64,000 nt of DNA from Malacoraja senta. Taxonomy: Eukaryota. Location: NCBI GenBank assembly GCA_038087875.1, contig CM075997.1:8434001-8498000 (forward strand), written 5' to 3'. The position numbers and the translations under genes were made by a program. The number at the start of each line of letters is the position of its first letter. The stretch's first letter is position 1. This document shows positions 40,120 through 52,955 of the stretch, piece after piece. A model generated the notes under the pieces. It had not been told where the DNA came from and did not search any database. It worked only from the letters and a program-made list of their open reading frames with translations.

Positions 40120-43100
40120 ATGCAAGATGTTAATATGACAAGAGGGGGTCAGGGAATAACATTTTGTAGCTGGAATGTCAAGGGAATCAATGAACCAATT
40201 AAGAGAGGTAAAGTCTTGGCACATCTAAATTTAATCAAAGCAGATATTATATTCCTTCAAGAAACACACCTTAAAAAAGGAATCCCAACACAGACTTAAA
40301 GCTAAGTGGATCGCTGAATCATATCATTCCTCCTTTTCCCATAAGTCCAGAGGAGTTTCAATATTAATTCGTAAAGGAATACCTTTTACGAATTTATCAA
40401 CAATAGCGGATATTGATGGTAGATATATTATATTAGTTGGAGAGCTAAATGGAGAAAAAGTGATTCTTCTGAATGTATATGGGCCTAATTTTGATAACCC
40501 TATGTTCTTTAATAAAACATTTAATAAAATTCCTGAATTTACACAATATAAATTAATAATTGGAGGAGACTTCAACTGTACATTAGATTCATACTTAGAT
40601 AGATCATCAAGGCAAAAAAAAGTAAAATCTCAATCAAGTGTATTTCTAAATTCATTTATTAATACCACTAATATTAAGGATGTCTGGAGAATAGAAAATC
40701 CAACTGGACGGGAATATTCATTTTACTCTCCAGTACACAAAACATACTCAAGAATAGATTATTTTTTAGTTGACTCCACGTTTATCCCTTTTACTTATAA
40801 CTCAAAATACCATAATATTATAATCTCAGACCACGCACCTGTAACATTTATGATTACATTAAATGGAATGTCCGATAAACAAACATATTGGAGATTTAAC
40901 CCACAAATCTTGAACGAAAGATCATGCCAGGAATACATTATTAAACAGATTCAAATATTTTTTGAGGTAAATGATAACCCTGACACACCTACTTCTCTTA
41001 TGTGGGAAACGTTTAAAGCGTTTGTTCGAGGTGCATTAATCTCTGCTCAAGTATTTTATAATAAAGAGAACAGGATTAAACAACAAACATTGGAAAGGGG
41101 AATCAAACAACTAGATTTAGACAATGCGAGAACGCCATCTATTTCAAAACATAATAAAATTGCTGTATTGAAATATAAATTCAATAAAATGTATTCAGAA
41201 CAAGTAATAAAACTTTATCAAAAAACCAAACAATTACATTTTGAATTTGGAGACAAACCACAAAAACTATTAGCAAGTCAGTTACGAAAAATGGAAGGGG
41301 AAAAAATAATTCATAAAATTAGAACAGAGACAGGAGAATTATTAAAAATGCCCAAGGACATAAATGAAAGATTTCTCCAATACTATCATAACCTTTATTC
41401 AACTAAAACTGTAACACAAACGGAAGGAATAGCAGATTTTTTACTAAAATGTAATCTAAAAGGTTTAGATTCAAATGATAGAGAATTATTAGAAAGGGAG
41501 ATTACGATAAAGGATATTGAGGAGTCTATTGGCTCATTAAAAAATGGTAAAGCAGTAGGACCAGATGGTTTAGGCTCTGAATTTTATTAAAAAAATTATG
41601 ACTTACTATGCCCACGTTTACAAAGGCTGTATGAGCATATCTATACTCAACAGAAACTCCCAGATACTTTAAATGAATCTATAATAACACTTATTCCTAA
41701 AGCTGATAAAGATCCGGAAGATCCGGGATCATATAGAGCAATTGCACTTTTAAATACAGATCAGAAAATATTAACTAAAATACTAGCGCATAGATTAAGT
41801 ACAGTGATGAATAAAATAATACACCCTGACCAAACAGGCTTTATTCAGAAGCGGTACTCATATTATAATCTAAGAAGATTATTTAATATTATTTATTCTA
41901 AGAGAATTATTAATGAAGATCTAGCAATAATCTCACTCGATGCTGAAAAAGCATTTGATCAGGTTGAATGGTCTTATTTATTTTCAGTGATGGAAAATAT
42001 GCAACTAGGGGAGAAATTCTGTACATGGATAAAACTGTTATATACAAATCCTACGGCTAGAATATTAACAAATCAAAGGTTGTCATCAAAATTCAGCCTA
42101 TCTAGACGTTGTAGACAAGGATGTCCGTTATCTCCATTATTATTTGCTTTAGCTATTGAGCCACTTGCAGAAAGAGTTAGGGGTCATCCGGAAATATATG
42201 GGTATATCACAAAGGACACAGTGAATAAAATTTCTCTATACGCAGATGATGTACTAATTTACATTACAAAACCAGAAATTAGTATTCCAAACTTATTAGA
42301 GCTAATAACCCAATTTGGTTCACTCTCAGGATACAGAATAAATTGGAATAAAAGTGAAATTATGCCAATAAGGGAACATAACAAACACATAATACAACAA
42401 TTTCCATTTAAAATAGTAAACGAAAAATGTAAATACCTAGGTATCTATGTAACTAAGATATATACATCATTATTTAAAGCAAATTTCCCCCACTACTGAA
42501 TAAACTACATAAGAATATTCAATACTGGAAAACACTTCCTATCTCAATGATTGGCAAAATTAATGCCATAAAAATGATTTTTTTACCGCAAATATTATAC
42601 CTTTTTCAGACAATTCCGATATATTTGTCAAAAAACTTTTTTTTTAAATTGGACTCTATTGTTAATGATTTTATCTGGGATTATAAGAATCATAGGATAA
42701 ACAAAAGACATTTGTGTAAATCAAAAATAAATGGAGGTTTGGTTTTACCCAACGTTCTGTTTTATTTTTGGGCAGTTAATATTAAAAATATGAATTTCTG
42801 GTTGGAAGAAATAGAACAACAACCAGATTGGTTAAAAATGGAAAAGGAAGATTGTTTGCCTTTTGATATCGGTTCGATATTATTTGCTACATCTAAATTA
42901 AACAAAAATAATTATAGGGAAAACCCTATAATATTTAGTGCCATACGAATTTGGAAACAATTAAAAAAGACATTAAAATTAGATAATTTATCACTTTTTC
43001 TCCCAATTGTGGATAACCCTTTGTTTAAACCCTCATGGTTGGACAGGGGTTTTACACAATGGAAGAATTATGTAATTAAAAATATGGGACAACTTTATAA

Positions 43101-43935
43101 GGAAGGCACCTTTCTGACATTTCAGGAGTTGCAACAGACTTATGGACTTCGAGGAAATGATTATTTCAGATATCTTCAACTCAGAGATTATGTCAAATCG
43201 AATACTCAAAACTTTCGAATTAGAAATTCAGAAATTCTTGACGAATGTTGGAATAAACATACTAATACAGAAAAATTAATATCTTATATATATAATATCT
43301 TATTAGACAGTGACATTCCATCGACGGACTTACACAGACAAACATGGGAAAAAGAATTAAATCAAATAATAACGAAAGATACTTGGGAAGAAAGTTTACA
43401 ACATATACATCAATGTTCATTAAATGCCAGACATTCTTTAATACAATTTAAAGTAATACATAGATTACATTATTCAAAAACAAAATTACATAAAATCTTT
43501 CAACATATCTCACCTATATGTGATAAATGTCAACATTTAGAAGCCACCTTATCTCATATGTTTGCAAACTGTACAAAAATTAAAAAATTCTGGGTAAATA
43601 TTTTAAGTATAATATCTAAAGTGACCAGCACACAAGTGGACCCGGATCCAAAATTTATAATACTTGGAACATCAGAATTAAATCAAACATTTACAACAAC
43701 ACAAAGAAACTTTATTGATTATAGTATAATAACAGGAAAAAAATTAATTCTAAAATTTTGGAAAGGCCCTACGGCCCCCACAATCAAAATGTGGATTATA
43801 GAAATGACGGAGACCTTAAACGTGGAAAGAATCAGATTTTCCCTGTTGGACAAACAGGAATTATTCGTTGGAATATGGTCTCCCTTTATTGATTATTTAA
43901 AGGGTCAGAATGGTTCAGCACGGGAACCTGACTAA
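40120..43935 (+). pseudogene. L1 ORF2p (APE endonuclease, RT, Cys-rich C-terminus) with a few lesions
   Basis: SWNVKG, LQETH, GGDFN, SRIDY, SDH, GPDG, LDAEKAFD, RQGCPLSP, YADD and CDKC...H.F..C; breaks at ~40280, 41590 and ~42490. Confidence 0.92.
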
Positions 43936-46137
43936 TGCTCGGGCTAAAAAATGGATGAAATGCTATATTCTGAAATGTACGAATATATCTCGATTGAAGT
44001 TTTTAATTTTAATAAATTTTTCCACTCTTCTTTAACTCTCTTTCTCTTTTGTTTTTTTGTTGTTTTTTGTGTTTTTTTGTGTGTTTTTTTTCTCTCTTTT
44101 TCTTCTCTTTCTTTTCTTTCTTTACTTCATCTATCTTTTTAGTTCTATCTAGTTTAAAATAAAATTTAAAAAAATTTTTAAAAGGCAAAAGGTATTGGAG
44201 ACAATGTAATAATAATTGATAATATTATCAATTTAAAAATGTAAGACTGTAATGATGTTAATAGGTTGTGTACTTATCTCCAATAAAAAATATTTTCAAA
44301 AAAAAAATAATAATAAAAAAATTAAAAAAAATATAAAACAAATGTAGGTCCCTTGCAGTCAGAAACAGGTGAATTGATCATGAGGAACAAGGACACGGCA
44401 GATCAATTGAATAACTACTTTGGTTCTGTCTTCACTGAGGAAGACATAAATAATCTGCCGGAAGTAGCAGGGGACCGCTGGTCAAATGATATGGAGGAAC
44501 TGAGTGAAATCCAGGTTAGATGGGAAGTGGTGTTAGGTAAATTGAATGGATTAAAGGCCGAGAAATCCCCAGGGCCAGATAGGCTGCATCCCAGAGTACT
44601 TAAGGAAGTAGCCTCAGAAATAGTGGGTGCATTAGTGTTAATTTTTCAAAACTGCTCAGACTCTGGAGTAGTTCCTGAGGAATGGAGGTTAGCTAATGTA
44701 ACCCCACTTTTTAAAAGGAGAGGGGTGAGAAAACGGGGAATTACAGACCAGTCAGTCTAACATCGGTAGTGGGGAAACTGCTAGAGTCAGTTATTAAAGA
44801 TGGGATAGCAGCACATTTGGAAAGTGTTGAAATCAGTGGACAAAGTCAGCATGGATTTAAGAAAGGTAAATCATGTCTGACGAATCTTATAGAATTTTTC
44901 GAGGATGTAACTAGTAGAGTGGATAAGGGAGAACCAGTGGATGTGTTATATCTGGACTTTCAGAAGGCTTTCGACAAGGTCCCACATAAGAGATTAGTAT
45001 ACAAACTTCAAGCACACGGTATTGGGGGTTCAGTATTGATGTGGATAGAGAACTGGCTGGCAAACAGCAAGCAAAGTGTAGGAGTAAACGGGTCCTTTTC
45101 ACAATGGCAGGCAGTGACTAGTGGGGTACCGCAAGGCTCAGTGCTGGGACCCCAGCTATTTACAATATATATTTGTACGAGGGAATTGAATGCAACATCT
45201 CCAAGTTTGCGGATGACACGAAGCTGGGGAGCAGTTTTAGCTGTGAGGAGGATTCTAGGAGGCTGCAAGGTGACGGATACGCTGGGTGAGTGGGGAAATG
45301 CATGGCAGATGCAGTATAATGTGGATAAATGTGAGGTTATCCACTTTGGTGGCAAAAACAGGAAAGTAGACTATTATCTGAATGGTGGCCGATTAGGAAA
45401 AGGGGAGATGCAGCGAGACCTGGGTGTCATGGTACACCAGTCATTGAAAGTAGGCATGCAGATGCAGCAGGCAGTGAAGAAAGCGAATGGTATGTTGGCC
45501 TTCATAGCAAGAGGATTTGAGTATAGGAGCAGGGAGGTTCTACTGCAGTTGTACAGGGTCTTGGTGAGACCACACCTGGAGTATTGCGTACAGTTTTGGT
45601 CTCCAAATCGGAGGAAAGACATTATAGCCATAGAGGGAGTGCAGAGAAGGTTCACCAGACTGATTCCTGGGATGTCAGGACTTTCATATGAAGACAGACT
45701 GGATAGACTTCGCTTATACTCGCTAGAATTTAGGAGATTGAGAGGGGATCTTATAGAAACGTACAAAATTCTTATGGGGTTGGACAGGCTAGATGCAGGA
45801 AGATTGTTCCCGATGTTGGGGAAGTCCAGGACAAGGGGTCACAGCTTAAGGATAAGGGGGAAATCCTTTAAGACCGAGATGAGGAAAAACCTTTTCACAC
45901 AGAGAGTGGTGAATCTCTGGAACTCTCTGCCACAGAGGGTAGTTGACGCCAGTTCATTGGTTATATTTAAGAGGGAGTTAGATGTGGCCCTTGTGGCTAA
46001 AGGGATCAGGGGGTATGGAGAGAAGGCAGGTACGGGATACTGAGTTGGATGATCAGCCATGATCATATTGAATGGCGGTGCAGGCTCGAAGGGCTGAATG
46101 GTCTACTCCTGCGCCTATTTTCTATGTATCTATGTAT

Positions 46138-46610
46138 CTATGTCAGGACTTTCATATGAAGAACGACTGGATAGACTCGGCTTGTACTCGCTAGAATTTA
46201 GAAGATTGAGGGGGGATCTTATAGAAACTTACAAAATTCTTAAGGGGTTGGACAGGCTAGATGCAGGAAGATTGTTCCCGATGTTGGGGAAGTCCAGGAC
46301 AAGGGGTCGCAGTTTAAGGATAAAGGCGAAATCTTTTGGGACCGAGATGAGAAAAACATTTTTCACACAGAGAGTAGCGAATCTCTGGAATTTTCTGCCA
46401 CAGAAGGTAGTTGAGGCCAGTTCATTGGCTATATTTAAGAGGGCGTTAGATGTGGCCCTTGTGGCTAAAGGGATCAGGAGGTATGGAGAGAAGGCAGGAT
46501 ACTGGATACTGAGTTGGATGATCAGCCATGATCATATTGAATGGCGGTGCAGACTCGAAGGGCTGAATGGCCTACTCCTGCACCTATTTTCTATGTTTCT
46601 ATGTTTCTAT
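46138..46610 (+). mobile_element. Short CR1 3' fragment directly abutting the tail of the preceding CR1
   Basis: Repeats GLSYEERLDRLGLYSLE...3'UTR with its own CTATGTTT tail; ATGT microhomology at the junction. Confidence 0.9.
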
Positions 46611-46614
46611 GAGT

Positions 46615-46811
46615 GTCTCCTTAATTTGGAGAATTCAATGTTCATGTCATTGGCTGTAAGCTCTGAGGTGCTGTTCCTCCAGTTTGCGTGTCATCTCACT
46701 CTGGCAATGTAAGAGACCCAGGACAGAAAGATCAGTGTGAGAGTGGGAAGGGGAGTCAAAATGGTTGGCAACCGGGAGCTGCAGCAGGTCTTGCGGACCG
46801 AGCGCAAGTGT
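46615..46811 (-). mobile_element. Penelope-like element fragment (C-terminal part of the GIY-YIG endonuclease region)
   Basis: Minus translation HLRSVR.../LPVANHFDSPSHSHTDLSVLGLLHCQSEMTRKLEEQHL.../LQPNDMNIEFS resembles vertebrate PLE C-termini (PVAxHF...E..L...L.P.G.N). Confidence 0.75.
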
Positions 46812-46816
46812 AGGGT

Positions 46817-47967
46817 GAAATGCTGGAGTAACTCAGCGGGCCAAGCAGCATATCCACAGAGAAGGAATAGGTGACGTTTCAGGTTGAGGCCCTTATTCAG
46901 AAGTGATAGGTTAATATCGGTGAGGGAGACACAAGAAACTGCATATGCTGGAATCTTGCATAGAACACAATTTAGTTAGATGCACATAATATGTTGCCCA
47001 GAGTAGGAGAATCGAGAACCAGGGGACATGGATTCAAGGAGAAAGGGGGGAAATTTAATAGGAATCTGAGAGGTAACTTTTTCACACAGATGTATGGAAC
47101 GGGTTACCAGAGGAGGTAGTTGAGGCTGGGACTATCACAACGTTTAAGAAACGGACAGGTATGGTGGAGGATTATGGACCCAACGCAGGCAGGTGGGACT
47201 AGTGTAGCTGGGACATGTTGGTAGGTGTGGGCCAGTTGGGCCGAAGCGCCTGTATCCACGCCGTGTGTATCTAACACGAAGTGCTGCAGTAACTCGGCGG
47301 GTCAGGCAGCATCTGTGGAGAACATGGATAGGTGACGTTGCACAGAGTGCTGGAGTAACTCGGTGGAGGCAGCATCTATAGAGAACATGGGTAGGTGACG
47401 TTTCACAGAGTGCTGGAGTAACTCAGCGGGTCAGGCAGCTACTGTGGAGAACATGGATAGGTGACGTTTCACAGAGTGCTGGAGTAACTCGGCGGGTCAG
47501 GCAGCATTTGTGGAGAACATGGATAGGTGACGTTTCGGGTCGGGGCCCTTCTTCAGACTGACACTATGTTAACAGATGAGGGGGTGATCGGCAGATGAGT
47601 GGAGTAAGTAACAGCGGCAAGGGAAAATAAATGGGTGTGAGATAAGGAGAGAGGAATGTATATGTGCAGCTTTAAAGGATATTGGTCAGGTAGCATTTGG
47701 AGTATTGCATACAGTTCTGGTCACTCCATTACAGGACTGATGTGGAGGCTTTGGGGAAGGTGCAGAGATGGTTAACCAGACTGGTTTAAAAATAAGGAAC
47801 TGCAGATGCTGGTTTACAAAAAAAGGATACAAAATGCTAAAGTATCTCAGCTGGGACGGGCAGCATTTCTGGAGAGAAAGACAGAGTGACGTTTCGGGTC
47901 GAGACTGAAGAGGGACCCAAGTAGAATGTTACCCCTTCCTTCCAGCATTTTAAGTCTACCTAAACAG
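46817..47967 (+). repeat. Segmental duplication copy 2
   Basis: Collinear with 31466-32548, ending at the shared CCTTCCAGCA.TTT..GTCTAC.TAAACAG. Confidence 0.85.
47523..47562 (-). ncRNA. Minimal type-I hammerhead ribozyme-like motif (Penelope-associated)
   Basis: Minus strand reads GTCAGT-CTGAAGA-A-GGGCCCCGACCC-GAAA-CGTC-ACCTAT. Confidence 0.55.
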
Positions 47968-47974
47968 CGCCTAT

Positions 47975-49324
<1,350 letters not shown>

Positions 49325-49379
49325 GTGGTCCTCCTCCGAAGCTCAGCCCCTCCAATATCAGCCCACACACCGAGCAGAT

Positions 49380-49630
49380 GGGGGGATGTGGACGGAAGCG
49401 GGGGGAATGGTGGAGGGTGGGGGAAGGAGGAGGTGAATGGGGGAGATAGGAGGGGGAAGGAGGGGAGAGGTGGTGAGGAGGCAAGGGGGAAAGTGGGATG
49501 AGGACGGTGGAAGTGAGGGAAGGGGGAGAATGGAGAGGGGTTATGACGGGAGAGGGGGAGAAGGTGATTACTGAGGGGGTGAGAGGAGAGGGGAGGGGGA
49601 AGAAGGGAGGGGGTGAGGAAAAACAAGTGG
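49380..49630 (+). repeat. Purine/G-rich low-complexity tract upstream of the ZNF
   Basis: Almost pure G/A with many GGG-GGGGG runs. Confidence 0.85.
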
Positions 49631-49639
49631 GAGAAGGGT

Positions 49640-50640
49640 GGGCTGCACGACCCGCGCGCTGACGTCACCGCCAATCCGAGAAGGACTGCTGGCCACGCAC
49701 CCTGCCATTGCGCAGACACGTGGGGACGGCATGCATCATGGCAAGAAGGTCGCACATTCCTGAAGTCACTAAGTGGGTCGGGTAGCTTCTGTGGAGAGAA
49801 TAAATGCGTGACGTTTCGGGTGGACACCCTTCTTCAATGTGATGGGAGGTACAGAGATAAGGAAGTGTAATAAGTGAAAACAGAACAAATGGAATGGAGT
49901 TCAAGGAAAATGTAGTATAGATCATTGTTAGTAGGGAGAAGGTAATAGGCAATAGGTGCAGGAGTAGGCCAGTCAGCCCTTCGAGCCAGCACCGCCATTC
50001 AATATGATCATGGCTGGTCATCCAGAATCTAAGTACCCCGTTCCTGTTTTTTTTCCCCATATCCCTTGATTCCGTTAGCCTCAGAGCTAAATCTAACTTG
50101 AAAATCTACTCTTGAAAACATCCAGTGAATAAGCCAGTTCGGTATTCTGACTGCGCATGCCCAGGTCATAGGTCACTCGCTATAAACATTCTCGGCAGCT
50201 GTGCTGCTGTGTGAGTGCAGGTCTGCGTTTCATCCGTGGTCGGGGTCGGGCCAGGGTCTCCGGCACTGCGGGCGCTTTTGTGTTGCCGTAGACGGGCCGT
50301 CCCCGTCCCCGTCCCCTCCGGCAGTGGTGGGCCCCGGGATTGCAGCCGGCGCAGGGGGGAGGCACGGACTCCAGCTTGGCTCTGCCTGTCCCGCCGGGTT
50401 GGTTGGCAGCCCTGGACTGGTGGGGCTCCGGCCATGGACTTGCAGCCAGCGTGGGGGGTGTGGGGGTGGAGAGGAGCTGGCTCTGGCTAGGTTCTGCTCC
50501 AGCTCCCGGGGGGCCGATTCCTGGGCGGGCCGGGGACAGTCGGCTGCGCCTCTCGACTTGTCCAGTGGCTGTCGGTTGGCCACCTCGATGCCGGCCGGGG
50601 CCGAGCGCCGGTCATGCACACGGGATGCTGCGTGGCTCAG
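49640..50640. promoter_or_regulatory. CpG-rich promoter-like region 5' of the ZNF gene
   Basis: TGACGTCA (49660-49667), CCAAT (49671-49675), CACGTG, TGCGCATGC (~50153) and CpG-dense GC-rich sequence at 50230-50620. Motif matches only. Confidence 0.45.
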
Positions 50641-51259
50641 CGGGTCAGGCAACATCTCTGGAGAAGGGTCTCGCTGCGAAACGTCGCCCATTCCTTTTCT
50701 CCGGGGATGCTGCCTTTCCCGCTGAGTTGCTGCAGCGTTTTGTATCCCCCCGTTGATGTCTGGTGCTCGACTTTCGCCAGCGCCCGGGGGAGTTGGGGCG
50801 GCGAGCAGTATCTATAGAGCGAAGGAAATAGGCAACGTTTCGGGTCCAGACCCTTCTTCGACTGATATGAGGGTGGGGAGGGGGCGGGAAGAAGAAAGAA
50901 AGGTGGGATGAAGGTCATTGACAAATCAATGATTCCTTACGATTTTCGGAATACCAAACTCGCTTATTGGCCTCCACTGCCTTCTGAAGTAGAGAATTCC
51001 ACAGATTCACAACTCTCTGTGTGAATGGCCGAATGGCCTAATTCTGCTCCTAAAATGTATGACCTTATACAGGGAAAAACCTTGTCTCCGCACTGGAGTC
51101 ACACAAGTCTTGCACTCAACTTTATTCCCATAATCCCGTATCGGTAAACTGCGGGACGGATTGATTGTAATCATGTGTTGTCTATCCGCTGACTGGTTAG
51201 CAAGCAAAAAAAAGCTTTTCACTGCACGTCGGTACACATGACAATAAACCAAATTCAAC

Positions 51260-51875
51260 CCTCCCGCCACCAGGGGGCGATGCGGCCGGCTGACCAGAAA
51301 CGTTGCACCGCGGCCTCCAGGCGCCAGGGGGTGCTGCAGACAGAGGACCAAAGACGGTGTGCCACGGCCACCCGCCGTCAGGGGACGCTACAGTCGGAGG
51401 ACTACAGTCGCTGCAACGCGGCCTCCCTCTGTCAGAGGATGCTGCAGGCGGTGGAATACAGGCGCTGCAACGCGGCCTCCCGCTGTCAGAGGATGCTGCA
51501 GGCGGAGGACTACATGCGCTGCATCGCGGCCTTCAACCGACAAATGGCGCTGTACCGTGGCCTCCCGCTGTGAGATGGCGCTACAGTCGGAGGACCAGAG
51601 ACGCTGCTCCGCGGGCTCCCACCGCCAGGTGGCGCTACCGTTGGAGGACCAGAGTTGCTGCGCCGCGGCCTTCAACCGACTGGGGGCAGTACAGTTGGAG
51701 GATTATAGACGCTGCACCGCAGTCTCCCACCGACAGGGGACGCTACAGTCGGAGAACCAGAGACGCTGCACCGCTGCCTTCCACCGACAGGGGGCGCTAC
51801 AGTCGGAAGAGCAGAGGTGCTGCACCGCGGCTTTCCGCCGACAGGGGGCGCTACAGTCGAAGGAGCAGAGGTGCT
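51260..51875 (+). repeat. 54-bp tandem array of 12 CTCF-like motifs
   Basis: Cores start at 51267, 51321, 51375, 51429, 51483, 51537, 51568, 51622, 51676, 51730, 51784 and 51838 (e.g. CCACCAGGGGGCGA, CCGCCAGGTGGCGCTA, CCGACAGGGGGCGCTA). The tandem repeat is certain; the CTCF role is inferred. Confidence 0.8.
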
Positions 51876-52134
51876 ATTCAGGCTCGTGTCTACCAGGCTA
51901 GTATGTCTACTTCTACTCCATACGGGTGCGCAGTACTCAGCTGGGGCATACACAAAGCGCTAGGGCAGAGGTGCGAAGAGCTGATGAGCTGGCACCCCAA
52001 CTTGTTCCTGCCAGGTGTTGGATGAGGCCGCTACATGCCAGCACCTTGTCGCGGAGACCAGCCAGGTGTTGACGAAATGTAAGCGACCTGTCCAGCTTTA
52101 TGCCGAGGTAAGTGGGTGTTTGTTGGAAGTCCAT
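51876..52134 (-). mobile_element. Non-LTR RT fragment, I/Ingi (Vingi/Nimb-like) group
   Basis: PTYLGIKLDRSLTF..HL...WGA....LRTSALAL / YAPAEYCAPVWSRS.H...VD..LN. Confidence 0.7.
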
Positions 52135-52139
52135 GCGCC

Positions 52140-52372
52140 TGTTGGAAATACAGCACAGAAACAGGCCCTTCGGCCCACCGAGTCCGCGCCGACCAGCGAT
52201 TGCCCGTACACAAACACTATCCTACACACACTGTGGACAATTTACATGTGGACTAAGCCAATTAACCTACAAACCCGCATGTCTTTGGAGTGTGGGAGGA
52301 AGCCGGAGCGCCCGCAAAAACACACGCAGGTCACGGTGAGAACGTGCAAACTCTGTACAGAGAGCAGGTACG
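52140..52372 (-). mobile_element. HE1-like SINE fragment
   Basis: Same body as 12041-12256 (aattaacctac...tttggagtgtgggaggaa.ccg...cacgcaggtcacg). Confidence 0.7.
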
Positions 52373-52419
52373 TGTACCGTCTTTCCAGTGTCTGGATAGC
52401 ACGCAATCTCCCTTGGTAC

Positions 52420-52792
52420 ATGTGAAAATATGATGAAAGAATTGGTCGACTGGGCTTGTATTTACTGGAATATATAAGGATGAGATGGAATCTTATAGAA
52501 ACGTCTAAAATTCTTTAGGGATTGGACAGGCTAGATGCAGGAAAAATGTTCCCGATGAGGAGATGAGGAGAAACTTTTCCACCCAGAATCCCATCTGTGG
52601 GATTCTCTGCCTCAGACGGCAGTGGACGCCAATTCCGTGGATGCTTTCAAGAGAGCTCTTAGGGCTAACGGAATCAAGGATATGTGGAGAAAGGAGGAAC
52701 GGGGAACTGATTGTGGATGATTAGCCATGATCATATTAAATTGCGGTGCTGGCTCGAAGGGCCTACTCCTGCACCTATTTTCTATGTTTCTA
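52420..52792 (+). mobile_element. Degraded CR1 3' fragment
   Basis: ATCTTATAGAAAC...TGGACAGGCTAGATGCAGGA...CTCCTGCACCTATTTTCTATGTTTCTA. Confidence 0.8.
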
Positions 52793-52955
52793 ACTGAAGA
52801 TAGACACAAAATGGTGGACTAACTCAGCGGGTCAGGCAGCATCTTTGGAGAACGCGGACAGGTACAAAGTGCTGGAGAAACTCAGGGGATCAGGCAGCAT
52901 CTATGGAGTACGTGGAGCGGTACAAAGTGCTGGAGTAACTCAGCGAGTCAGGCAG

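Larger units (their letters stand above)
33278..44334 (+). mobile_element. Full-length L1-clade LINE (ORF1, ~0.9-kb AT-rich spacer, ORF2, polyA) containing Gypsy C
   Basis: 17-bp TSD AAAACAAATGTAGGTCC at 33261-33277 and 44335-44351; TT/AAAA target; AATAAA plus polyA tail. Confidence 0.95.
32650..46140 (+). mobile_element. 5'-truncated CR1 LINE split by the L1 insertion (segments 32650-33277 and 44335-46140)
   Basis: Both parts match the CR1 copy at 21030-23440 and rejoin at AAAACAAATGTAGGTCC; the tail is (CTATGTAT)n. Confidence 0.93.

Noticed and set aside
51238..52025. Overlapping Arg-rich repetitive ORFs
   Set aside because: By-product of a GC-rich 54-bp repeat (divisible by 3); no coding features.
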